This document shows, in pieces, positions 10,940 through 21,595 of a stretch of 42,516 nt of DNA. The notes beneath the pieces are model-generated. The model was not told where the DNA came from and did no database searches. It worked only from the letters and a program-made list of their open reading frames with translations. A program made the translations under genes and the position numbers. This stretch comes from Mesotaenium endlicherianum (lineage: Eukaryota). Numbering within the stretch: position 1 is the first letter of the stretch; each line of letters begins with the position of its first letter. The stretch covers positions 200,519 through 243,034 of the forward strand of contig WELA01000281.1 in assembly GCA_009602735.1 (NCBI GenBank). Reading direction: 5' to 3'.

Positions 10940-11837
10940 ATGGACTAGCTGCCGGGCTCCTACACGAAGAGCATGTCGTGCCTGGCGAAGTTTGGCGCCA
11001 GCTACCCGCAGGAGCTGCATCACCGGCGCTCCTCCATGCCCTCCATTGTCAACCACCCCGCCAAGATTGCGTATGGCGACAGCTGGGCGCACGAGCAGAG
11101 CGCATCCCCCGATCCCAACACCCAATACCAACGTGGGCACCTTTGTGGCTGCGCCCCGACCAGGTGCGCTGCTGCTGCTGCTGCTGCACCCTCTTGGTCC
11201 TTGCTTGGATTATGATTAGAACACTTGCAGTGCTATTCCCAGGCTCACCTGACTGCAGCACCCACTTGACCGGCTTGCTTACTCACGCACTCGCTACTTA
11301 CTGTGAGTGGGTGAGGCAGGTGTGTCTCACAGGTTGTGGCTCTGTAAGTCGGCATGTCTCGGCTCGTGCGCTGCCTGTATGCCTGTCTAGAGTTACTTTT
11401 CGACTCAGAATCCCATCATCCCCCGATGTGATGTGAGTCTCGCTAGGGCGAGACTTTTTGCTGCATGTGCCGTCCTAGTGGCTGGCAAGCTGAGCCGGTT
11501 AGGCAGCGCCCATCGCCGCGTTGGTGACACTGATCCAGACGCTCTCATTGTGTGTGCTGTGCCCCAGACGGACAACTGGGTGGACGACAGGACAAATTAT
11601 AACTCCAACGAGGTTTGACGTAGGTCAACAAGACAGCTGTTGGCGTGCTGGGCCTGCTGGCCGAGCTCATCGTCACCACAGGGAGGGGGAGGAGCCACCC
11701 TCTCGGCCCCCTCTTGGTGCCTGGAGATAACGCTCCGCTGCCCAGCCAGAGCCCCCCGGCGCCTATGACCATCGTGCCCCCCCCGCCCGGCATCGCCAGC
11801 ACCTCCCCTGCCCGCGCTCCAGCTAGTCCTGCCGCTG
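10940..11837 (+). pseudogene. Glycoside hydrolase family 9 (plant-type endo-1,4-beta-glucanase) C-terminal exons, pseudogenised: exons 10940-11163 and 11568-11837
   Basis: MD*LPGSYTKSMSCLAKFGASYPQELHHRRSSMPSIVNHPAKI matches the GH9 pattern VDYILG.N...MSY.VG.G..YP...HHR.SS.PS. It is followed by PNTNVG, DNWVDDRTNYNSNE (catalytic Glu region) and T*VN..VGVLGLLA, then a Pro-rich linker. TAG stops at 10946 and 11621, plus frameshifts; AG/GT boundaries are retained. Confidence 0.82.
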
Positions 11838-12989
11838 GTGAGTGTTCAGATGTGTTCTGCTGCTCTCTGCCTGCTTGTTCTGCGCATCTATGCTTTGTTA
11901 GCTTCTGGTTCTTTCAACATGTATTGCTCCTCCATCCACCTCAAAGCATGCTAGGTATTCCACCTTTTCCCTACGTCTGCTTCCACGCGGTTAGTTCTTT
12001 AGTTGTACGGTAAAGCCTGTTCGTCAGGAAGGCGTGACGGGCATATAGCTGCATGCTTACCATCTAGCTTCTGTGAGCATGTAGAACCTGACATTGGGGA
12101 CCAGATCATTAAGACCGTAGGAGCAGATGAAGAAGCAGGTTACTCACTGTGGACGATCAGATGTTTTCCGAGTGAGTGCTGCTTACACTAGTGTGTCCCC
12201 TTCAGCTCCGTGGTGAGCATTGCTCTGTAAGGAGCTACTGAAGTTGTTCAAAGAGAGCCTCTTTGGTAGTGGATAGGAACAACTTTTTTTGTGACCGACC
12301 CCTGGACTTCCGGTAGCATTTTTATTTGTTAGAGCTTTCTAACCTTGTGTTACTATGAGAATGTGTGTAGGCTTGTTGTTTGATTTCAGCTAGGAACCTC
12401 TGCACATTACTTGGTGAAACCTTTTTGCTGCTGGAAGGGCTTTTGCTTCTACGACCTGCACAACCTCAAAACCCCTCCAGAAGCCCTTCTTAGATGCCCT
12501 CTTTGGGGTTTCTGGATGGTAGAAGAGGGAGCCCGGAAGGGAAGGCAGCATGTAGGAAGTTTGGAGTATTATTTTGGATATATATTTTTTGGACATGATG
12601 CTCCTTGGCAGCACATGTGAGACCTACACATTTTCTGTAGAAACCTTGGGACTTGTTAGTGCAAGCAGAATTGCCAAATTACGTGGGTGGTGACAGATTC
12701 ATGTCACACCTTTTTTGTGTTGGTGGATGCTGCATGTTTGTTCATAAAACATGTCTTCAGAGCTCCGAGTTGGAGCTCTGTTATTTGCACATACTTTTGG
12801 AGGAAGGTGGCAGACATGACCTGCAGAATTGTATTCGTCAAGCTTGCAAAAATGCCCAGAGATTGAGACGTATCTTTTCCCACTAAGTGTTTTGAGGTTA
12901 TTTCTCCAGCTGTGAGTTAGTGACATGAACGAGGTTGAAACCAATTCCACTCTTTTTACTCTTTGGATAGGGTGAAAGAACGTTTTGAA

Positions 12990-13476
12990 CATGCCACCAG
13001 TGCCAACAGGCAGGAAGAAGTACAACAAGGAAAAAGTTGCGCACCCCTGCCACAAATTTCCATGAAACAGGTGTAATGGTGAGCTTTGTTGAACATATCT
13101 AGAGTTTTGGGTCTTGTTATATTTAGTTGTGTGTTGCAAACCTGCTCCTGTTCAGCCATAGGGTAGGAATACTTAGCATTGAACTTGTCCAGTTGCCTGT
13201 TTGCAGGTGTTGCAAACCTGTCAATGAAATGAGGACCAATATTTTTCTCCACCAGCTGCAAAGCATCTCTTGATAAGCCAAAGTCATCTTCCTCCTTGAT
13301 GTGGACCAGACATTCCAATCTTTGATCCATAGTCATTGGCATCCACTCAATGTCAGAACTTATTTTGGCTTTCTTGTGCGAAGGCATTGCAGGTCTTCCA
13401 CCTTAGCTCCACCTTGCTTTATGAGCTTGACTACCTCCTTAGAGTCAATCCTGATGCATACATGCTGACTTTTGAA
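12990..13476 (-). mobile_element. Degenerate DIRS-type (tyrosine-recombinase) retrotransposon: RNase H end plus methyltransferase-like domain
   Basis: Minus strand reads FKSQHVCIRIDSKEVVKLIKQGGAKVEDLQ, a frameshift, then IEWMP (DIRS RNase H), then DDFGLSRDALQLVEKNIGPHFIDRFATPANRQLDKFNAKY (the GP..IDRFA...N....FN motif of the DIRS1 MT domain). Confidence 0.75.
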
Positions 13477-14689
13477 ATCATATCTTCCCACTGCTGTCGT
13501 GCGTTACGAGGTCGGGTGCGCAACATAAGTACAAGCAACACATCATAAGCAAGCAGGCTTTGCTGCAATGAAGTCTATAATACATGTGATTTTATAGCCA
13601 AAAAGGGAGTCAAGTCTCAAATGTTGTAATTAAGGGAGTGTGTACTCTCCAGAGTGAGCACCTCAAGACTGTAATCTGGTAGGAAAACAACTAATGAAGT
13701 ATGGCCCAAAAGATCACTGGAAGCACATCATGATCTTCAAGAGTAGTTTCATGCAAGGGTTTAAGCTGTGACTTTGCTCACCACTTGTGAAGTTCTTCAA
13801 GTGACTTGAAGCCAGGAGGGCTTGCTCTTCACAAGAGAGTAACTAAGTGGTCCTCAAAACATAAGAGATAAAAGTGTAAGCTTTACTGATATCTCTGTTA
13901 CCTACAACTGGCATTATGAGGACTTCTAAAAAGATGTCTCTCTGGGGACATCTCTAGTACTTATACTTCTGGAAACCCGGCATGGTATGCGGCGGATCCA
14001 ATGCATCTAGTCACTCTAGGAGGCTCTCCTATGTCCACTAATGTGTACAAGACATGTACTAGCACTCCTATAGGCTAAGCATAACTCAAACCAATCAAAG
14101 CAGGGCACGTACAATATGCTATGTGTCTCTCATTGGTGGAGCTTACCTTGGGTGATTCTACCTAGATAGCGCCTCAAAAGTGAATCTGGAACTTGAGGAA
14201 GCTTCCTCTAGGAGTAGGTGATGCAGTCACCAAGTTATAGCCTCAATGATGCACTTGTACTATGGAAGTGCAAGAATTATGTAGTCTAAAGGGCTCGCGG
14301 ATTTGTACGTACAAAGCTAGGGGTCCTTGGGATCACGAAGAGCCAACAATGTCACCTTTGGGGACATTGAGTCACAAGTTGGCCCTTGGGAAAGTTCCTC
14401 TAGGGGCCGGTAGGTGACGCGGACTAGATCGCAAATATCTCGCTCGATAATTGACCAAATGACGCGAAACCGGTGCCATTCGGAAGATGCTTCGACGCGC
14501 TACACTTTGGTGACTTGTAAATCTAGAAAAGGTCAACATATAGATGCGTAAAGTCAATGCAAAGTTGGTCTTCCTAGGTTGATGGTTCACACAAGTGAAG
14601 CTCGGTTTTGTACGTCAACCTCGACTCAATAAATCATGACATTGCTAAAGCCACATGTACTTTGATAAGTGCACTCAACAGAGTGTCTT

Positions 14690-15097
14690 TGTAATGAATC
14701 AGTATATTAGTGGATATAATATTCATTTAAATATAATAGTTAATTAAGTTCAGCCTGCTGAACTTGTAAACTCATTCCATGTACATATGCTAGGCATTGC
14801 TCTCGAGTTCGGCATTCGGAAACGAGGCCAACTCTCCTGTACAGCTTACTGAGAGTGATCTGAATCCAAGGCGAGAAGCCATTGATACGCACTGTCTTCT
14901 AACCTTGCTTATGTATGAGTTTACTGATTTGCATCATTGATGCTAGTTTACTCGCATTTGACTTACGAGTATTATTCCCTGCTAGTGTATTGTCCTTTGC
15001 CGTTTAACTAGTTAACGGAAATACCATAAAGATTACTTGCTGATATAAAGATCTTTATTAATTGTTAATCGCCTATTTGGTAAGTCGATTCATTTCA
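14690..15097 (+). repeat. 5' LTR (408 bp; 312-bp internal deletion relative to the 720-bp family LTR)
   Basis: TGTAATGAATC...GATTCATTTCA imperfect terminal inverted repeat. It lacks the segment equivalent to 23467-23778. Confidence 0.93.
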
Positions 15098-15098
15098 G

Positions 15099-15110
15099 TG
15101 GTATCGGAGC
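15099..15110 (+). promoter_or_regulatory. Primer binding site for initiator tRNA-Met
   Basis: TGGTATCGGAGC, 1 nt after the LTR end; canonical is TGGTATCAGAGC. Confidence 0.9.
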
Positions 15111-15131
15111 AGTTATCACAGTCTTCTTTGT

Positions 15132-16610
15132 ATGGTAAGGACAAGGTCTCAAACTAGCAACTCCCGAGACATGGAGAACCAGGATAACGAGAATGTCGAA
15201 AACCAGGCGGAAAGCCATGTAGCGGGAAACCGTACCTATTCGGAAGCAGTAGCAGATACTGCAGCTAGGGAGGCTGCAGATGAGGCAGCTGCTATTGCCG
15301 CAGTCGCAGCTCAGCAAGCTGAGGAGGAGAGAGCCAGGCTAGAAGTTGAACAAGTAGCAAAGGCGGCTGAAGATACAGAAAGGAGGGAAAGACAGCCAGC
15401 TGACGAGCGCACTGTCGAGGAACTCATGGCATCAAGGGCCAATGTTCTGAACCCACCTCCTGCTGTACAACTCAATGTACCCCTAGGTCAAATACGTGAC
15501 CGGCTGAATGCGGCAGGAATTGCTGCTGCAGGAGCGAGAGGGACTGTTGAGGACACTACTCAGCAAGTAGATGCCAATGCTGCTGCTGCATTTGCTAATC
15601 TACCACCCCAAAATGTAGACTTGGGAGCATTGTTCGTTCAGATGCAGTCGCAAATGGCGACCATGTATCAGTCCCAGCAGGAGGACAAAAGAATCATAAT
15701 GTCCCTACTGCGGGACAGAGACCAACTGGGGTCTCACACCACTAGTGGTGGTGGCCGAGGGCCTAGTAAGCCCAAGCCGAAACCTCCCCAGGACTATGAT
15801 CCTGAGGGAAACAGAAAATATTACCTGATCAAGTTTCTCGCGGATGTTGAGCAGTGGCTGGAGAACTACCCAGAACTGCAAGATTACGAGAAGGTCAGGC
15901 ACACCGGTGCGCTACTGAAAGGCAGTGCCGCAGACTGGTGGCTTTACTGGAAGGAAGAGCGTAAGGCTCGGCAACTCGGTGACCCTACGTGGGTAGAGTT
16001 TGTCGAGAAGTTGCATGAGAAGTTTGATGTCATCAACCAGCAGGAGAAAGCTATCTATGCGATGATCTCCCTGACACTGAAGCAGACCACTTCAGTTGCT
16101 GAGTTTGCTCAAAAGTTCCAAGAGAACATGATGAAGCAGCCTGATTTGCCAGAACGGTATAGGATAGCATACTTCAGGTATGGCTTGAAATCCGAGGTCT
16201 CTGGTCATTTTGCTGAGAAAAAGTATGAGAAACTGGCTGACTTGATCCAGGATGCTGACGCCTGGGATCAGCAGCAGTTCAATCACAAGCGCCAGAGTAA
16301 CGCTTTGGTGTCTAAGATTGTCAAAAAGCCCCACGGTTCCTACAATGCAGTTGAAGGAGACCAGGCTGAGGATAATCAGGGTGATGAATATGAGTATGAG
16401 TACAATGCTATTCAGTCTAGAGGTAGAGGTGGTCCCTCTCGAGGTGGCTATGGAAGGGGTGGTGGTAGGACTAAGCCGAGACCAGCCTCAGCAAAATCTA
16501 CTTGCTACCATTGTCAGCAGAAAGGCCACTACAGAGAACAGTGTCCGGTCAAGCACCTGCCTAAGGTCGAGAGAAAAGACCAGCCTTTAAAAGACAGCAA
16601 CAGTCAGTAA
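15132..16610 (+). CDS. gag: Gag, 492 aa
   Basis: Retrotransposon capsid motifs [10 protein letters not shown]...PTWVEF and [14 protein letters not shown]; an RGG tract; zinc knuckle [14 protein letters not shown]. Confidence 0.95.
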   Translation: MVRTRSQTSNSRDMENQDNENVENQAESHVAGNRTYSEAVADTAAREAADEAAAIAAVAAQQAEEERARLEVEQVAKAAEDTERRERQPADERTVEELMASRANVLNPPPAVQLNVPLGQIRDRLNAAGIAAAGARGTVEDTTQQVDANAAAAFANLPPQNVDLGALFVQMQSQMATMYQSQQEDKRIIMSLLRDRDQLGSHTTSGGGRGPSKPKPKPPQDYDPEGNRKYYLIKFLADVEQWLENYPELQDYEKVRHTGALLKGSAADWWLYWKEERKARQLGDPTWVEFVEKLHEKFDVINQQEKAIYAMISLTLKQTTSVAEFAQKFQENMMKQPDLPERYRIAYFRYGLKSEVSGHFAEKKYEKLADLIQDADAWDQQQFNHKRQSNALVSKIVKKPHGSYNAVEGDQAEDNQGDEYEYEYNAIQSRGRGGPSRGGYGRGGGRTKPRPASAKSTCYHCQQKGHYREQCPVKHLPKVERKDQPLKDSNSQ

Positions 16611-16699
16611 TCCAGTCTACTGACTGTGAGGATGCTAGAGATAGTGAGTCGTCACTAGCTGCCCTCGTAGCAGGTATTATGGGTCCTGCTGAACTGGAT
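16586..16699 (+). promoter_or_regulatory. -1 programmed ribosomal frameshift signal (gag-pol)
   Basis: T TTA AAA heptamer at 16586-16592 in the gag frame, a 7-nt spacer, and a perfect 10-bp stem at 16600-16609/16618-16627. The -1 frame is open from 16565 into pol. Confidence 0.88.
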
Positions 16700-19600
16700 T
16701 CACTATGCATGCCTGACAAACAGATAAAGGAGACCATCAGTAATATAGACGTCCAGAGAGTGCACACTCTGGATGCTCTTGTTCCACCTGATGTCCAACA
16801 TTTCTTTGCTACGTCAGGAGAACAATGCGAAAGTCAGGAAAAGACAGTCCCCCCTATCCTACTGCATTGCATGATTGCAGGTAGGAAGGTGAGGGCATTT
16901 GTTGACGGAGGGGCGTCACATACTTTTATTCACAAGGACTTAGTTAAGCGGCTAAGGCTGCCTACTGTCACCCAAGGGAATAGAAAAATATTCCTTGGAG
17001 ATGCCTCAAGTATCCCGGGAGGAGTTATAACCAAGCCTATTGAGGTCCAGTTAGGTTCTGGCATTGCAGTTCTAACTGAAACGCTTACATTTGAGGTACT
17101 CAACACTGGCTTTTATGATCTCGTGCTAGGCAGGTCCTGGCTTAATAGACATCAAGCTGAAGTGTGTTGGAGCAGAGGTACAGTTAAAGTGAGAGGAGCC
17201 AGTGATGGGCAGACTGACTTGGCACCCACCAGTGCTCTTCCTCTTGTCCTGTGTGGATGGCAAATGAAGGAAAAGAAGAGGCTTCCAGAAGGATGCAAGT
17301 TGCTGAATGCAATGGAGTTCGTCAAAAGCTGGAACCAGAAGGAAGACAGAATGTTCTGTCTGCTGCTAAGAGAGGTACCTCCTCAACCTGAAGAAGTGGT
17401 TGAGAAAAAGGTAAGCCCTCCGGAGCACCCTACTGCTGCAAAAATTGTTGCTCAGTACACTGATGTGTTTAACATGCCTCCAGGACTACCCCCTAAAAGG
17501 GAAGTAGATCATAGGATTGATCTATTACCTGGTAGCCAGCCACCCTGGCAACGCACTTATGGCTTGTCTTATTTGGAGAGCGAGGAGTTGAAAACACAGA
17601 TTGCAGAGCTGGAGGAAAATGGTTACATTTCTCCCAGTAAATCACCGTACGGCGCACCTATCCTATTTGTTAAGAAAAAGGATGGCAGTATGCGGATGTG
17701 TGTGGATTACAGAGCCCTGAACAGAATTACAGTAAAGAACAAGTATGCTTTACCCAGAATCGAGGACTTGCTTGATACCCTGTCTGGCGCTAAGGTGTTC
17801 AGTAAGATAGATCTCAAGAGTGGTTATCATCAAATCAGAATTGCTGAGGGGGATGAACACAAGACTGCTTTCCGCACACGTTATGGACACTATGAGTTCA
17901 ACGTGATGCCATTTGGACTGACTAATGCTCCTGCTACCTTTATGGGTGCTATGAATGACATTTTCAGACCTTATTTGGATAAGTTTGTGCAAGTTTTCCT
18001 GGATGATATTTTAATTTTCTCTAAAGATGAAGCTCAGCACACTGAACACTTAAAGAAAGTGCTGGACACTCTGCGGAAAAATCACTTGTATGCTAAAATG
18101 AGCAAGTGTGATTTCTTTAAGGAAAGTATTGAATTCTTAGGCCACGTTGTCAGTAAAGAGGGCATCAGTGTGGATCCTAAGAAAGTCCAGACCATAAGGG
18201 ACTGGCCAGTACCACAGTCTGTCTCTGAAGTTAGATCCTTCCTCGGGTTGGCTAACTACTATAGGAGATTTATTGAGAATTATTCCACAAAGGCCAGTAA
18301 ACTGACTGACCTTACTAAGAAAGACATCGGGTATGTGTGGGGGGAAGAGCAGCAGGCTGCCTTCCAGACCCTTAAAGATGCCCTTTGTTCTGCCCCAGTG
18401 CTAGCCGTGTATGACCCCAGCAAACCGGTGCAGGTGGTTACTGATGCCTCTGATTTTGCCATGGGTGCTATTTTGTTGCAGCCTGCTGACAAAACCACAA
18501 AGGATGGTAAGGTACGGCAGGAGTGGCATCCTGTGTTGTATGAGTCTATGAAATTTAATCCAGCGGAGATTAATTACTCAGTGCATGATAAAGAGCTGCT
18601 AGCTATCATTCATGTACTCAAACAGTGGAGAGCATACTTACATGGTAAAGCTTTTAAGGTGATTACAGATCATCTAGCTCTGACCCACTTTCAGAAGAAG
18701 TCCAAGCTGTCGAGGAGGGAGAACCGCTGGAGCCAGATGCTGGAGCAGTTCCAAGTCCAGATCGACTACAAACCAGGGAAGTTGAATCCTGCTGATGCAC
18801 TCTCTAGAAGACCTGACTTGCAAGAAAGGAACTTTAGTCAGCATGCTGTAGATAAAGTCCTGTGTGCACTCACTTCACTAAAGGTGAAAAAGTCCTTCCT
18901 TGAACAACTTAGGAAAGCCTACCTTTCTGACCCAACATTTGAGCCCAGCCCCACTACTGGTGTGTGTCGTGCTACTGCACTCGGGTATAAGCTCAAGGGA
19001 GGGGTCTGGGTGACTGAAACCACTTCAGGCAGGCTGAAGCTGGTCATTCCTAATAATTTGGAAATAAGGTCTCTCTTACTGAGTCAAGCTCATGACAGTC
19101 TCCTGGGTGGACATTTGGGGCAGGCCAAAACTGTTGGCAAACTGGCAAAACATTATCATTGGGAGGGGTTACCCCGGGAGGTCTTGAAATATGTCAAGTC
19201 CTGTGACCAGTGTCAGAGAAATAAGTCTCGGCACACACCACCCGGAGGTCTCTTGCAACCGCTACCCATCCCAGCGGGACGCTGGGAAACTATATCCATG
19301 GACTGGGTGGTCTCACTACCAAGAACTGCCAACGGGCATGATTCAATACTGGTAGTCGTGGATAAACTGACAAAAATGGTCATTTTTATCCCCACAACTG
19401 TCAAAGTGACTGCACTCGAAACAGCGAGACAGTTTTACAACCATGTAGTATGCCAACATGGGCTCCCTTCTAATATCATCTCAGACAGAGACTCAAAATT
19501 CACCTCTAAGTTCTGGAGAGCTTTAATGGGGTTAATGGGAGTCAAACAGCTGCTCAGCACAGCAAACCACCCTCAGACTGATGGGCAGACTGAAAGAACT

Positions 19601-20300
19601 AACCGAGTTCTGCAGGAGGTGCTGAGAGCATATATTAACCAAAAACAAGATAATTGGGATGACCTGTTGCCTCAAATTCAGTTTGCGGTCAACAGTGCGG
19701 TGCACGCGTCAACGGGCAAAACTCCTTTTGAACTCAGCCTGGGTAGAGTCCCTAAGTCTCCTCTAGATGTGCTAGGGGAATCTTTAACTCACCCTGAAGG
19801 GATTGACAACCCGGTCTCCCTCCAGTTAACTCAGGAGTTTGCTGACACCCTGTCAGAAGTCCAACGAAACTTGCACACGGCCCAAGAAAACCAACAAAAA
19901 TACGCTAATCAACACCGTCGGGAACTGACATTTTCCAAGGGGGATTTAGTCAAACTGCATTCTCAGCACCTGTACCTCCCTGGTGTGGTCAAGAAAAAGC
20001 TTGGCCCTGTCTGGGTCGGTCCATATTCGGTGGTCCGTCGTGTCGGTCAGAATGCTTACAAACTGAACATGTCAGCTGAATACAAGGGGCACCCGGTCTT
20101 TAATGTCTCCTTCCTGGAACCATACATCAAAGGTGATACACTGTTCACAGGTTGGTTACCTGTCCAACCGGGACCGGTCCCCGCTGTCCGGGATGGCGAC
20201 CCTGAGGAATATGAGGTCGATGAGATTTTGGACGCTCGCTCGGTCCGTCGATCGTCTAAATATGTCATGAACTACCTCATTCGATGGAAGGGTTACGATG
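16586..20300 (+). CDS. pol: Pol: protease, reverse transcriptase, RNase H, integrase and first half of the chromodomain; interrupted at 20300 by a solo LTR
   Basis: FVDGGA (PR); [19 protein letters not shown] and FLDD (RT); TDASD and DALSR (RH); H-x6-H..CDQC, SMDW, SDRD and QTERTN (IN); [12 protein letters not shown]...YLIRWKGYD (chromo). Confidence 0.96.
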
Positions 20301-21020
20301 TGAAATGAATCGACTTACCAAATAGGCGATTAACAATTAATAAAGATCTTTATATCAGCAAGTAATCTTTATGGTATTTCCGTTAACTCGTTTAAACGGC
20401 AAAGGACAATACACTAGCAGGGAATACTACTCGTCAGTCAAATGAGAGTAAACTAGCATCAATAATGCAAATCAGTAAACTCATACATAAGCAAGGTTAG
20501 AAGACAGTGCGTATCAATGGCTTCTCGCCTTGGATTCAGATCTCTCTCAGTGAGCTGTACAAGAGAGTTGGCCTCGTTTCCGAATGCCGAACTCGAGAGC
20601 AATGCCTAGCATATGTACATGGAATGAGTTTACTGTTCAACGGTCAGTGCGATGGCACCGCCTACCCGGGAGTTAACCACGTTGGTAGGACCTCGGTTAA
20701 CCAAATCCACCGCCATCTCCCATCATCCCGAATAGCCATCCATCATAGGGATGTCATCTGGCCATTCATCTAGCATATCGCACTTAGATGCATATCAAGG
20801 CAGTTCGCTGCTACCGAGTACGGAAGTCAGCTGGCTGTCAAAGAATGTGTCAGCAAGCTGACTTAAGTTGACTTCAGCCTGCTGCTTTTGGCCGAGTCAT
20901 TAAACTGATAATTATGTAAAGTCCAGCAGACTGATTATTAACTAAAGTTCAGCAGGCTGAACTAAATTAACAATTATATTTAAATGAATATTATATCTAC
21001 TAATATACTGATTCATTACA
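20301..21020 (-). mobile_element. Full-length 720-bp solo LTR of the same family, inserted in reverse orientation
   Basis: Reverse complement of the 14690 and 23390 LTRs, flanked by the 5-bp TSD CGATG at 20296-20300 and 21021-21025. Confidence 0.96.
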
Positions 21021-21120
21021 CGATGCCTCTGGGGACACTTGGGAATTTAAGGACCACTTGACCAATGCCAAAGGGGCGTTGAAACGGTTCCACCTTCGGG
21101 CCGCTGGAGCCCCTTCATAA
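21021..21120 (+). CDS. pol: Displaced C-terminus of the pol chromodomain
   Basis: Removing the solo LTR and one TSD restores WKGYDASGDTWEFKDHLTNAKGALKRFHLRAAGAPS* (TAA at 21118-21120). Confidence 0.93.
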
Positions 21121-21214
21121 CTGTCATTTCAGTTGACACGGGAAGGTGACAGGCGGTCCTGTCTCCATTTAAGTTGGAGGGGAAAATATATGACAGTTAG
21201 TGAGCGAGAGCGAT

Positions 21215-21391
21215 AAAGGGACAGTTACGTGAATTCTAAATGTCAGCATAGTGACAGAGGGGACAGCCTGGCCCACATAAAGCACCTTGAGCTGAAGGAA
21301 AAGGGACAGTTACGTGAATCCTAAATGTCAGCATAGTGACAGAGGGGACAGCCTGGCCCACATAAAGCACCTTGAGCTGAAGGAAAAAGGG
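21215..21391 (+). repeat. 85-bp tandem repeat (2 copies) between pol and ORF3
   Basis: The unit aaagggacagttacgtgaat...gagctgaagga occurs at 21215 and 21300 with one mismatch. Confidence 0.92.
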
Positions 21392-21595
21392 CCTCGCACA
21401 ACACTATATCACTTAACTCACCCTACAACAGAATCATACGTTTATGTTTAGCGCATCGCAACTACGTCAACGTTTAGCAATCATCCTGTAAGGTAAACAG
21501 CATCGAATCCACTATACTAATACTAACATACTTCTTGCAATCCCTATGACAAAGGTCCATACCCTACTAAGTTGTGCCCTGGTTACATGCACAGG

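Noticed and set aside
10946..11623. TAG-to-Tyr recoding suggested by two TAGs at Tyr positions in GH9
   Set aside because: The fragment also has frameshifts and missense decay, and PsbW and the piggyBac ORF end normally with TAG.
14690..21020. gag-pol flanked by inverted LTRs, suggesting a DIRS-like or novel inverted-LTR retroelement
   Set aside because: The inverted LTR has its own CGATG TSD and splits the chromodomain; a direct 3' LTR with a PPT exists at 23390.
21215..21391. CRISPR-like array
   Set aside because: Two contiguous near-identical units with no unique spacers, a eukaryotic context and no cas genes.
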